A stretch of DNA of 64,000 nt, from assembly GCA_016206155.1 (NCBI GenBank), contig JACQSC010000002.1:79473-143472 (forward strand), given 5' to 3'. Positions 9,501 through 18,949 of this stretch are shown here, piece by piece. The stretch is from Candidatus Uhrbacteria bacterium. GTDB taxonomy: Bacteria; Patescibacteriota; Patescibacteriia; JACQRZ01. The position numbers and the translations under genes are program-made. The notes beneath the pieces are model-generated. The model was not told the DNA's origin and did not search any database. It saw only the letters and a program-made list of their open reading frames with translations. The first letter of the stretch is position 1. Every line of letters starts with the position of its first letter.

Positions 9501-10031
9501 ATGGATCCGCTGATCAATATCTCAATCGACCCGAGCCTAGTGAATATTTCCAATCCAACATGGGACACGTTTCTCGTGCTTTTTTTTATCGTTGGAACAC
9601 TGATCTATTCATTCTTCGCAAGCCGTGAGCGGCTCTCCGTTGTGCTTCTCGCGACGTATTCGACGATTGCCATTCTTTCCGCAACACCGCTGCTGCGCGA
9701 CTATATGGCCGCGCTGCCTGTCGCCGAAGGGATTCCCTATCGTATTGGCATCTTTCTCTTTCTGTTTATCATTCTTTTTGTCCTTTTCTCCTCGCATATG
9801 TCGCTGCGGTCGGACATGGCGCAATCGTGGCTTCATGGCATTGTTTTAAGCTTTTTGCAAATCGGACTTCTGTTGAGTGCGCTGCTTTCGTTGATTCCCG
9901 CGGATGTTTTTTCCACTCAGTTTGTAAAGTCGTTTTTTACCGATGATCTTCCGCGCTCGGTGTGGATGCTTGCGCCCATTGTCGTGATGGCGTTGATGCG
10001 GAGAGGGGCCTCTCATCCTCCCCAAGTATAA
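9501..10031 (+). CDS. hypothetical integral membrane protein
   Basis: About five hydrophobic helices. Start placed at the ATG at 9501, downstream of the dnaJ stop; the longer ORF in the track overlaps dnaJ. Confidence 0.5.
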   Translation: MDPLINISIDPSLVNISNPTWDTFLVLFFIVGTLIYSFFASRERLSVVLLATYSTIAILSATPLLRDYMAALPVAEGIPYRIGIFLFLFIILFVLFSSHMSLRSDMAQSWLHGIVLSFLQIGLLLSALLSLIPADVFSTQFVKSFFTDDLPRSVWMLAPIVVMALMRRGASHPPQV

Positions 10032-10036
10032 TCAGT

Positions 10037-10510
10037 ATGTCAGACGGGCCGACACAAAAAAAACCGCAAGAAGCCGTGGTTCCAAAGCGAGGCGTCGAAA
10101 CACACCTTGAAAAATGGGAGCGGCGTCAGCAGGCGCCGCCCGCGGAACGTCCTTCTGCCGCGGAACAACGCACCACTGCCGTTCCTGTTGCGTCTCCCGC
10201 TCAGACAGCGGCGCTGCCCGCCTCACTCGAGAAATCGCCGCTCCTGCAGCATATCGAAAATATTCTTGAAGAAAATCTCTTGCCGCTTTACAAAGAGCTG
10301 AGCGCTCAACAGCGGAAGCAATTTAGGGTAGAAGGTGAACGCACGGCGCGCAGTATCGAGCAATTGCTTCGCAAGGCGGCCGTGGCCCTCCTCGAAGTTA
10401 TCCGGCTGATCAGACGGTGGCTGCGGCTCCTGCGCGGCGCCAATGTTTTTTTTATCGAGCAAGAGTCAAAAATTAAGGCTGAGCGGATACTGGCGCTGAA
10501 GAAAAAATAG
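10037..10510 (+). CDS. hypothetical protein with a Pro/Ala-rich N-terminal half and a basic coiled-coil C-terminus
   Basis: In-frame ATG at 10037 after the membrane-protein stop. The composition is low-complexity, then a helical tail (QQRKQFRVEGERTARSIEQLLRKAAVALLEVIRLIRRWL). Confidence 0.45.
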   Translation: MSDGPTQKKPQEAVVPKRGVETHLEKWERRQQAPPAERPSAAEQRTTAVPVASPAQTAALPASLEKSPLLQHIENILEENLLPLYKELSAQQRKQFRVEGERTARSIEQLLRKAAVALLEVIRLIRRWLRLLRGANVFFIEQESKIKAERILALKKK

Positions 10511-10524
10511 TTATTCCTACATCC

Positions 10525-13047
10525 ATGGAGGACATCACTCAATCATTTTCAGATTTGCTTGCAGAGAATCCTTTTTTTGGTTTGTTCCTTGTTCTGATTA
10601 TCATTGGTGCGCTTGGATGGGTCGGTATCCTCGCGCTTCGCTATGCGCTCCACAAGTGGTTTGAAATACCACTCTCTTTAAACAAGAAGGTTTTGCAGAT
10701 TCTCGTTCCGAAAGAGTCTGCAAAGAAGGAGGAAGAAGATAAGTCATCAAAAAAAGATTACAAAGAGCTGATAGCCGTCATGGAGAGCTTTTATTCGGGA
10801 CTGGGACACCTCAAGCCAAAGTTACGATTTTTTGCTTTTTTTATCGGCCGCGAGGATCATATTTCCCTTGAGATTGCCGCGATTGAAGGATTGGTAAAAT
10901 TTTTTATCGTTGTTCCCGCGCACATGCAGCAGTTTTTTGAGCAGCAGCTGCACGCCCAATATCCATCGGCGAAGGTGGAAGAGGTTGAGGATTATAATCT
11001 GTTTCGTCCGCGCGGAGTTATCATCGGCGCGCCGATTGTCGCAACCAAGGCGTCCATGTTTCGTATCCGCACGTACAAGACCATGGACTCCGATCCGCTC
11101 AACGCTCTGACCAACGCCATGAGCAAGGTGGAATCAACGCAGGGCGCGGCGATTCAGCTCGTGATCCGCACCGCGCGAAGAGGATGGGGGCGGCGCGGCG
11201 TTGAGATCGCGCGCAAAGTCCAAAAGGGAAAATCATTAAAAGCGGCCATGCAGGGACCGCTCGCTGGTTTCGTTGACGGGCTGGCGCACACATTGATCAA
11301 AGGTACGTCTGATGCGGTTTTCTCACCTGACAAAAAGTCGCCGCCCATGAAAGGAACGGAGGATCCCTATCCGCGACACTCACCGATGGAGCAGGAGCTT
11401 ATCAAATCGATCGAGGAAAAAGCATCAAAGGGCGGCTTTGAGACGAGTATGCGCGTAGTGACATCGGCAGATGATGAGCGCGTTGCCAAGATGCATTTGC
11501 ATAGTATTGCCAATGCGTTTTCCCAATATCTCGCGCCCGAGTCCGGTATTACACTGCGAAAGAAAAAGTATTTTTATTTCAAAGGATCGTTGATAAAAAG
11601 TTTTATCTATCGCAGGTTTGATCATCGGCGGAAATTTATTTTTTCAACCGAGGAACTTGCCAGCCTGTATCACTTTCCGTTGAGCACAACCGAAACGCCA
11701 AATATACAATGGCTGCACGCGCGCACAGCGCCTCCCCCCGTTGATATCCCACAAGAGGGAATTATTCTTGGTGAAAGCATCTATCGGGGCAAGCGCACCC
11801 TTATTCGCATGAAGCGGGAGGATCGCCGCCGTCACATGTACGTGGTCGGTACGACAGGTGTTGGCAAGACGACGATCATGGAAAACATGATTATTCAGGA
11901 TATTCAGAACGGCGAGGGGTGCGGATTCATCGATCCTCACGGCGAGGCCGTCAAACATATCTTGGAGAATATTCCACCGGAACGCGCCGACGATGTCGTG
12001 TTGTTTGATCCATCGGATACCGATCGGCCAGTTGGCCTCAATATGCTTCAGGCCGACACGCCAGCTGAGACTGATTTTGCCATTCAGGAGATGATTGCGA
12101 TTTTCTATAAATTGGTGACAGATCCCTCCATGATCGGGCCGATGTTTGAGCACTACATGAGGAACGCCATGCTGACCCTTATGTCCGATCCAGTCCATCC
12201 GGGAACAATCGTCGAGATTCCTCGCATTCTTACCGATCGCGACTACCAGACCTACAAATTGCAAACGGTGACCGATCCTATTGTGCGGGCGTTTTGGGAA
12301 AAGGAGCTTCCTCAGACCGCCGGACAGACAAAAGGGGAGATGTTGCCTTACCTTGTATCAAAAATTGGACGGTTTATCGAGAACGTCATGATGCGCAATA
12401 TTATTGGGCAGGAGCATTCCGGTTTTGATTTCCGCGAGGTGATGGATCGTAAAAAAATTCTTCTGGTCAATCTCTCAAAGGGACAAGTCGGAGAGATAAA
12501 CAGCAATCTCTTGGGGCTCGTGGTGGTCTCCAAGCTGCAGATGGCGGCGCTTGCGCGCGCCGATATGCCCTCAGAAAAGCGTCACGATTTTTTTCTCTAC
12601 ATTGATGAGTTTCAAAATTTTATCACCGATAGCATTGCAACGATTCTTTCAGAAGCCCGAAAATATCGGCTTAATCTTGTGCTCGGCCACCAGTATATTG
12701 GACAATTGGTGCCCAAACAGGGTGACACCAAGGTTCGCGATGCCGTGTTTGGCAACGTTGGGACCATTTGCGCATATCGTGTCGGTGTCGATGACGCGGA
12801 ATTGATGGCAAAACAGCTTGCGCCGGTGTTCAATGAGTATGACGTCATCAATACGGAGAAGTACACCGCCAACCTTCGCCTTCTTATCGACAATACAGCG
12901 GCGCGCCCTTTTAGTATGCGTACTTTTCCTCCATTGGAGGGAGATGTGAATATTGCCGAGGCAATTCGGCAGCTTGCGCGCCTTAAATACGGACGCGACC
13001 GCGCGTTGGTTGAGGCCGAGATCCTCGAGCGCTCTCAGCTTGGGTAG
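10525..13047 (+). CDS. TraD/TrwB/VirD4-family coupling-protein-like ATPase with a long N-terminal transmembrane extension
   Basis: N-terminal TM (FFGLFLVLIIIGALGWVGILAL). Walker A motif GTTGVGKTT and Walker B motif FFLYIDEFQNF, followed by HQYIGQL. The architecture matches T4SS coupling-protein and TraG-D_C ATPases. Confidence 0.75.
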   Translation: MEDITQSFSDLLAENPFFGLFLVLIIIGALGWVGILALRYALHKWFEIPLSLNKKVLQILVPKESAKKEEEDKSSKKDYKELIAVMESFYSGLGHLKPKLRFFAFFIGREDHISLEIAAIEGLVKFFIVVPAHMQQFFEQQLHAQYPSAKVEEVEDYNLFRPRGVIIGAPIVATKASMFRIRTYKTMDSDPLNALTNAMSKVESTQGAAIQLVIRTARRGWGRRGVEIARKVQKGKSLKAAMQGPLAGFVDGLAHTLIKGTSDAVFSPDKKSPPMKGTEDPYPRHSPMEQELIKSIEEKASKGGFETSMRVVTSADDERVAKMHLHSIANAFSQYLAPESGITLRKKKYFYFKGSLIKSFIYRRFDHRRKFIFSTEELASLYHFPLSTTETPNIQWLHARTAPPPVDIPQEGIILGESIYRGKRTLIRMKREDRRRHMYVVGTTGVGKTTIMENMIIQDIQNGEGCGFIDPHGEAVKHILENIPPERADDVVLFDPSDTDRPVGLNMLQADTPAETDFAIQEMIAIFYKLVTDPSMIGPMFEHYMRNAMLTLMSDPVHPGTIVEIPRILTDRDYQTYKLQTVTDPIVRAFWEKELPQTAGQTKGEMLPYLVSKIGRFIENVMMRNIIGQEHSGFDFREVMDRKKILLVNLSKGQVGEINSNLLGLVVVSKLQMAALARADMPSEKRHDFFLYIDEFQNFITDSIATILSEARKYRLNLVLGHQYIGQLVPKQGDTKVRDAVFGNVGTICAYRVGVDDAELMAKQLAPVFNEYDVINTEKYTANLRLLIDNTAARPFSMRTFPPLEGDVNIAEAIRQLARLKYGRDRALVEAEILERSQLG

Positions 13048-13050
13048 CGA

Positions 13051-13099
13051 GGGGTCTGGCTCAGTTTTTGCACCGGCAAAATCTGTGCCTGACCCCATT
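13051..13099. repeat. palindromic element copy, intergenic (family with termini GGGGTC(A/T)GG)
   Basis: ggggtctggctcagtttttgc…gcaaaatctgtgcctgacccc forms an imperfect hairpin. Its reverse complement is near-identical to the element inside thrC at 24291..24355. Confidence 0.8.
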
Positions 13100-13141
13100 T
13101 TACTTTTGCAATATTACGGCATTTTGTTAGGATGATCCAAT

Positions 13142-14236
13142 ATGAGTCTCTATCGAAAATATCGCCCTCTTCTTTTTGCGGATATCGCGGGACAGGAACA
13201 TATAAAACAGACGCTTCAGCGCGCGATCGTGCGGAACGAGCTGGTGCACGCCTATCTCTTTTCCGGGCCGCGCGCGGTTGGCAAAACAACAACGGCGCGC
13301 ATTTTAACGCGGGCGGTCAATTGCGCGGCGAGAGCGAGTGATCAAAGCGAACCGTGCAACAGGTGTGACGCCTGTATGGCAATCCTTGAAAACCGCGCGC
13401 TCGATGTCATTGAAATCGACGCCGCATCCCATACGGGGGTTGACAACGTGCGCGATACCATTATCGCCGCCGCGCGCGTTGGGCGTGCAGGACTTGCAAA
13501 AAAGGTATTTATCATCGATGAGGTGCACATGCTCTCAACATCTGCATTCAACGCGCTTCTCAAGATTCTTGAAGAACCTCCCGCGCAGGTGCTTTTTATT
13601 CTTGCAACGACGGAATTACACAAGGTTCCAGCAACAATCGCGTCGCGCTGTCAGCGATTCGACTTTAAAAGGATCGCTCCCGATGTCATGCGAGCACGTC
13701 TGAAAAGACTCATCGGTCTTGAGAAAAAAAATGTAACGGATGACGTTGTTGATACGATTGTTCGCCTTTCGGACGGATGCTTGCGTGACGCGGAATCACT
13801 TCTTGGGCAAGTGCTTGTGCTTGGCGACAAGAAAATCGACCGTGATGCGGCTTGTGTGATATTGCCTATTGGAAACCTCGCCGCAGTGAAGGATCTCATC
13901 GCCGCGCTGCTCGCCGTTGACGGAGCATCCGCGCTTCGCATTATCAACGATTGTATTGAGCGCGATTGCGATCTCTCCGTGTTTACGGCCGATACGCTCG
14001 AATATTTCCGTACGTTGCTGCTTATCCAATCAGGGACGCCCGAGCTGGTTGGGATGAGCGAATCAGAGCTTCGCGAGCGGACGGGGCAGGCGGCACGCAT
14101 CACGAGCGAACGCTTGCTTGCGATAATTGGGCATTTCAGCGTTGCGCAGCGTGATGTGCGCTATTTCTCCATTCCTCAGCTTCCCATTGAAGTTGCAATT
14201 GTCAAAAGTTGCTTGTATACTGACGCACATCAATGA
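13142..14236 (+). CDS. dnaX: DNA polymerase III subunit gamma/tau (short form)
   Basis: YRPLLFADIAGQEHI…GPRAVGKTT…CNRCDAC zinc module…EIDAASHTGVDNVRD and a box VII SRC motif. At 364 aa it covers domains I-III only. Confidence 0.9.
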   Translation: MSLYRKYRPLLFADIAGQEHIKQTLQRAIVRNELVHAYLFSGPRAVGKTTTARILTRAVNCAARASDQSEPCNRCDACMAILENRALDVIEIDAASHTGVDNVRDTIIAAARVGRAGLAKKVFIIDEVHMLSTSAFNALLKILEEPPAQVLFILATTELHKVPATIASRCQRFDFKRIAPDVMRARLKRLIGLEKKNVTDDVVDTIVRLSDGCLRDAESLLGQVLVLGDKKIDRDAACVILPIGNLAAVKDLIAALLAVDGASALRIINDCIERDCDLSVFTADTLEYFRTLLLIQSGTPELVGMSESELRERTGQAARITSERLLAIIGHFSVAQRDVRYFSIPQLPIEVAIVKSCLYTDAHQ

Positions 14237-14289
14237 TGCGGGATCGTCTAATGGTAGATAAAATTTAGATTTCATGCTATGCTCTATGA

Positions 14290-14991
14290 ATGAAAGCATG
14301 GAATAAAGGACAAACCAAAGAAACGAACAAATCCGTCTTGAAGATTTCAAGAACAATGAAGCGCAAGCGCCTCGATAATTTTAAGGCCTGGCGCGATCAT
14401 ATGAAAAACAGCGGAAGGATTAAGTCGGTATATCCCTCTTTTCCAAAAACTGCCGAAGTAGCAGAGCTCATTGGGGTTTTACTTGGGGATGGTCATATAG
14501 AGAGATTTCCACGGACAGAACGGCTCTACATTTTTTCAAACGCCAACAATCACGGTTTTATCCAGAGATACGAAAAAATTTTGACAAGATTGTTTAAGAA
14601 AAAAATCGCCGTAAAAAAAGTTACCGGTAGTGAGTGTGTTAGATTGTCAGTATATGAAAAAAATATCAGCAAAAGAATCGGCATACCATGTGGAAGTAGG
14701 GCAAAATTACATGTGAGAATACCGACATGGATTAGTAATGATGCTTCAGTGTTGCGCTGTTATATCAGGGGGTTGTATGAAGCGGAGGGATCGTTCTGTG
14801 TTCACAAGCCGACATCTACGTATAAGTTTATTTTCGTGAACCACAATGATAGTTTGTTAGATATAGTATTCACCAGCTTGGAGAGATTTGGGTTCCATCC
14901 ACATAGAAGCCTGCACAAGATTCAATTATCGAGAAAGGATGAGGTTATGAGCGCGGTTGATTTTTTTAAGTTTCGGGACTATACTGATTAA
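14290..14991 (+). CDS. LAGLIDADG-family homing endonuclease (free-standing)
   Basis: Two LAGLIDADG-type motifs (LIGVLLGDGHI and LYEAEGSF). The gene is markedly AT-rich compared with its flanks. It sits between dnaX and tRNA-Gln. Confidence 0.75.
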   Translation: MKAWNKGQTKETNKSVLKISRTMKRKRLDNFKAWRDHMKNSGRIKSVYPSFPKTAEVAELIGVLLGDGHIERFPRTERLYIFSNANNHGFIQRYEKILTRLFKKKIAVKKVTGSECVRLSVYEKNISKRIGIPCGSRAKLHVRIPTWISNDASVLRCYIRGLYEAEGSFCVHKPTSTYKFIFVNHNDSLLDIVFTSLERFGFHPHRSLHKIQLSRKDEVMSAVDFFKFRDYTD

Positions 14992-15007
14992 AATTTGATA
15001 TTATAGA

Positions 15008-15078
15008 TGCGGGATGGTGCAACGGCAGCACGCTTGGCTCTGAACCAAGTAATCGTGGTTCGAATCCACGTCCCGCAG
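15008..15078 (+). tRNA. tRNA-Gln (anticodon CTG), CCA not encoded
   Basis: Manual cloverleaf fold: acceptor TGCGGGA/TCCCGCA, D-stem GTGC/GCAC, anticodon stem CTTGG/CCAAG with loop CTCTGAA, T-arm CGTGG-TTCGAAT-CCACG. The U1-A72 pair is typical of tRNA-Gln. Confidence 0.85.
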
Positions 15079-15916
15079 GAAATTACTACAAAATGCATTT
15101 TCGCTCCCTTCAGGAGTATTTGAGTTTGAAATTAAATCCCGCCCAGAATCCAATTTTGAATTGAATTCATAAACAAAATTCCAAGGGGCATTGAAATCCA
15201 CCGCCACTTTCCGCTCCGCGAGGAGGCGGTTCGAGCCGTGTTTTTTAAGAAAATCTTTTTTTGCGAAAAGATTTTCTTCCAAAGCGACATTTTCCGCTTG
15301 GTGAGCAGCTAAAATGAACTTTCTTGAAAGTTCGAGCCACGCGTTGCCCTTTCGCTCAAAATCTTTCAATTTCTGCTCAAGATCCATTTTTTGAGAAAGC
15401 ACTTTGTTCTTCTTTGCCGTGTATTCTTCACGGGAGATAGCTTGCTCCAAATGGGCATCGAGCAGAGTGTCCAGCTTGTCGTCATACACCTTAATCTCAT
15501 TCTTGGTTTTTTGAGCGAATAGGGCATCAGATTGGGCGGTGTCCGATTGATCTTTTTCTAGTTGTTCGAGCATCTCGTCCGTCCAATCTTTTGGCAGAGA
15601 AACTTTTTTGATCATCTCGTTTATCTGTTCGGTGAGAAGCTCTTCGCGAATATATCGTTGAGAACATTTTGTGCCATCCTTTTTCTTCGTGCATCGGTAA
15701 TATGCGTGTCCTTTCTTAGACTCGGCAGTAATTGAACAGCCACACTCTCCGCACGAAAAAAGTCCACGAAGGGGAAAAAGCTTCTCGCCCCGTTTCTTTG
15801 GGCAGGCCTTGCTTGTAAGCACTGTCTGCACACTATCAAAAAGTTTCTTTGACACGCATGGCTCATGAGTTCCAGAAAAAAGCTCGCCGTTGGAAAGGAA
15901 GGCACCGTAAGTCAAA

Positions 15917-15963
15917 ATAATGGGGTCAGGAGCCATTAAATTAATGGCTCCTGACCCCATTAT
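15917..15963. repeat. perfect palindrome AATGGGGTCAGGAGCCATTAA-a-TTAATGGCTCCTGACCCCATT, followed by (CATTATTTC)x3
   Basis: The arms were verified by reverse complement. It shares the AATGGGGTCAGG terminus with the copies at 13051, 24291 and 56081. It sits at the truncated 5' end of the recombinase remnant. Confidence 0.85.
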
Positions 15964-16101
15964 TTCCATTATTTCCCATTATTTCATGACCACATTATCC
16001 TATGGACCAGTGCAAGATATAGACATACTCATTTTGACGCTGTATGATGGTTTTAATGTCATACCCGTCCGCAATTTAACGCATACGAACACGAATGCAT
16101 T

Positions 16102-16839
16102 GTGAATAGCAAAGATACCCCGCCACAGATTGAGCCAAGCGAGCAAGAAGCTAAAGAATCGCATGTAGTCGATCTTATTTCACTTTCTGAGAAAGAGTCT
16201 GCTATACTCACTTCTCGAATCCAGGCTTCACGGGGCACAATCCGTATATTTGTACACCCTTATTACTATGAAAAAATGCTGGAGCGGGACAGTGAAGCGC
16301 GCGCAATGGGCGAGGAGGTTTCCTTTGAGGGTCAGGACGTGATCACAGAAGGCGCTCTTCAGAAATTAGCTCGCATCTATGAAGCAATTCCGCGGATCGT
16401 GAAGTTGTCGGCCGAACAAGGTCCACCGGTTATTTTTTTTGAGGAGGAACCCGCTGTCGGAGCATTAGCCGAAAAGATTGAAGATATGCTTTCTGGATGT
16501 ACGGCAGATGCGCGCATCTATGTTGTTCCAACATTTGAGGATCGCGCTACGCCTCGAGTCGTTGCGAAGGATGATGAGCAATCAATGCTGGTCCAGGACG
16601 CCATGAACTGGCCGCTTATCATTGAGCGGCTGACATCACTCGGAGTTTCAAGGATTATTCTGAGCGGGGCAATGCTCACTATAGAAAAGAGCGAAGAAGT
16701 GGGGGCGCGGCACCACCACTGTCTCGGCGCTGCGCGTAACGAATTGTTAAGAGGCTTTAATGTCTCGCTTTCGGAGCTGACGTTTCCCCATGGAAGGAAA
16801 GAAGTGCGCGCCGCAATCGAACAGGTGGTCGGCGATTAA
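16102..16839 (+). CDS. hypothetical protein (GTG start as drawn)
   Basis: 245-aa ORF with good codon usage and no motif I can name. An internal ATG start is possible. Confidence 0.5.
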   Translation: MNSKDTPPQIEPSEQEAKESHVVDLISLSEKESAILTSRIQASRGTIRIFVHPYYYEKMLERDSEARAMGEEVSFEGQDVITEGALQKLARIYEAIPRIVKLSAEQGPPVIFFEEEPAVGALAEKIEDMLSGCTADARIYVVPTFEDRATPRVVAKDDEQSMLVQDAMNWPLIIERLTSLGVSRIILSGAMLTIEKSEEVGARHHHCLGAARNELLRGFNVSLSELTFPHGRKEVRAAIEQVVGD

Positions 16840-16851
16840 CATTACTAGACA

Positions 16852-18687
16852 ATGGAAAAACAGACAGATGCATTTCAACACTATGGCAGGGAAGTCGCCG
16901 CATCCATTGATGCGGTAAAGAAAAAGATACACGACGAGAAAAAAAATCGATCGTATATTCCGTTTGGCCAATATCCCATCGAGAAACTCGAGGTGGAACT
17001 GGAGGCTATGATTAAAGGAAAGCTTGGGATCGAGGATTCGGATTTTGTGGAGCTAGGGCATGCGCCCGCGCATATTTCCGGTGATCTGTGTTTTGAGGTT
17101 TTTGATATGGCGAAACGCCATGGGAAGAATCCCGCAGCGGTCGCTCTCTCTTTCAGTTCATGCATCAATGAGGGGAAAGGAAACATGATCCATGAGGCCT
17201 CTGCATTCGGAGGGTTTGTCAATCTTGTTCTTCATAAGGATACGTTTTATCATCAAGCCCTAGCCTGCAGTGAGGCGCTTGGCGATCGGTTCGGTGAAAA
17301 CGATCGACACGCCGGAGCGGTGGTCGTTATTGATTACTCGGCGCCAAATATAGCAAAGCCAATCGGTGTCGGTCATTTGCGTTCGACAATCATCGGCGCC
17401 GCTCTTGCAAACCTCTATGAGAATTCAGGATATAGTACGATCAGGGACAATCATATCGGAGATTGGGGAACCCAATTCGGCGCGCTTATCTATGCGTACA
17501 AAACATGGGGTGATGAGGCGGCAATAGAACGTGAACCGATTCGCGAATTAAAGAATCTGTATGTGCGTTTTCACGAGGAGGTTGCTGATCATCCCGAGAT
17601 ACAAGACAAGGCGCGGAACTATTTTCTTCAGCTCGAAGAAAAAAATGCAGAGCTTGCAAACATATGGAAGAGGTTTCGCGATTTGAGTTTGCGTGATTTT
17701 GGAAGTACCTATCAGCGTCTCGGCGTCACGTTTGACCTGACCATCGGAGAAAGTTATTTTATTGACGATGCACACCGTATTGTTAATGAGTGCCTCGCCC
17801 GCGCGCTGTGCCGTATCGATCATGAGACTGGTGCGGTTGTTGTTGATGAGGCAGAAGGACTTCCTTCGTTCTTGTTGAGAAAAAAAGATGGCGCGTCGCT
17901 GTATATGTCTCGCGATATCGCTTGCCTGCGTTTTCGGATCGAAACATTTAATCCCGCGGCAATCTTGTATGTTGTCGGCAATGAGCAGGAGTTGAACTTC
18001 AGGCAGCTCTTTTCATTTTGCCGGCGCGCGGGTTTTTTGCCAGCGGGTCTCGCGGTTGAACATATTGGCTTTGGCATGGTGCTTACGGATGGAAAAAAGA
18101 TGTCGACACGACGGGGAACGCTTATTGAGCTTGAGGATCTCCTTGGCCAATCGATTGAAAAATCTAAGGAGATCGTGGCAAGAAAAGGCACGGATGGTTC
18201 CTCTGATGAGCTTGATGCCATTGCGCATGCCATCGGTGTCGGCGCAATACTCTATAACGACCTCAAACAGTCGCGGGTTAAGAATATTTCATTTGATTGG
18301 AAGAGAATGCTTGATCTTGAGGGCGGGAGCGCTGTCTATCTTCAGTATACGGTTGTGCGCATTCATTCCATTTTACGCAAACTGGGGGAAGTGGGTACTG
18401 TTGATACCTATCGTTTTGAGGGGCAGACCGAATTTGCCCTCGCGCGCAAGCTTATGATGTTTCCCTCCATACTTCTGAAGGCGCAGGAAGCTAACGCCCC
18501 CCACCATCTCTGCACCTACCTTGAGGAGCTTGCGAGCGCATTTAATACGTTCTACAACGAAGTATCGATTGTGCAGACAGAACAGCATGAGCTGAAAACA
18601 TCTCGCGCAGTACTGTCGCGCGCGGTTGCGCGGGTGATCCGGCGCGGGCTTGCTTTGCTTAATATTACCGTACCAAATAGGATGTAG
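16852..18687 (+). CDS. argS: arginine--tRNA ligase
   Basis: Class I aaRS with an HIGH-region variant (…PNIAKPIGVGHLRS) and GDWGTQFG. A KMSK-like MSTRRG motif is present, along with a C-terminal DALR anticodon-binding domain. Confidence 0.92.
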   Translation: MEKQTDAFQHYGREVAASIDAVKKKIHDEKKNRSYIPFGQYPIEKLEVELEAMIKGKLGIEDSDFVELGHAPAHISGDLCFEVFDMAKRHGKNPAAVALSFSSCINEGKGNMIHEASAFGGFVNLVLHKDTFYHQALACSEALGDRFGENDRHAGAVVVIDYSAPNIAKPIGVGHLRSTIIGAALANLYENSGYSTIRDNHIGDWGTQFGALIYAYKTWGDEAAIEREPIRELKNLYVRFHEEVADHPEIQDKARNYFLQLEEKNAELANIWKRFRDLSLRDFGSTYQRLGVTFDLTIGESYFIDDAHRIVNECLARALCRIDHETGAVVVDEAEGLPSFLLRKKDGASLYMSRDIACLRFRIETFNPAAILYVVGNEQELNFRQLFSFCRRAGFLPAGLAVEHIGFGMVLTDGKKMSTRRGTLIELEDLLGQSIEKSKEIVARKGTDGSSDELDAIAHAIGVGAILYNDLKQSRVKNISFDWKRMLDLEGGSAVYLQYTVVRIHSILRKLGEVGTVDTYRFEGQTEFALARKLMMFPSILLKAQEANAPHHLCTYLEELASAFNTFYNEVSIVQTEQHELKTSRAVLSRAVARVIRRGLALLNITVPNRM

Positions 18688-18709
18688 GTTAAGTCATAAT
18701 GTTTTTTCT

Positions 18710-18907
18710 ATGAATGCATCTCTCTATATGCGAATAAGTGCCACGCTTTTTCTGATCATCTTTGTCTTTCATCTGTTGCGTGTTATCTATGGGTGGGAGG
18801 CGGCTATAGCGGGATGGTCTGTTCCGATGTGGCTTTCTTGGGTTGCAGTTCTTGTCTCCGGCTTTCTTTCTGCATACGGATTCCGGCTCGGGTATCAAAA
18901 GACATAG
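18710..18907 (+). CDS. small hypothetical membrane protein (two TM helices)
   Basis: Short ORF after argS with two hydrophobic helices. Weak support only. Confidence 0.3.
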   Translation: MNASLYMRISATLFLIIFVFHLLRVIYGWEAAIAGWSVPMWLSWVAVLVSGFLSAYGFRLGYQKT

Positions 18908-18949
18908 CGGGTGGGGGAACACCATTTCCAATTGGCGAAGGTCAATAAA

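Larger units (their letters stand above)
15001..15969 (-). pseudogene. 5'-truncated large serine recombinase: only the recombinase-domain end, zinc beta-ribbon and coiled-coil remain
   Basis: HEPCVSKKLFDSVQ…RGLFSCGECGCSIT…YYRC is the zinc-ribbon region of large serine recombinases. The catalytic resolvase domain is absent. The frame runs through the tRNA-Gln at its 3' end and begins inside a perfect palindrome. Confidence 0.6.

Noticed and set aside
11644-13098. Minus-strand ORFs of 206 and 149 aa inside the T4CP-like ATPase gene
   Set aside because: They are antisense to a gene with clear Walker motifs. They have no RBS or start context and no recognisable motifs.
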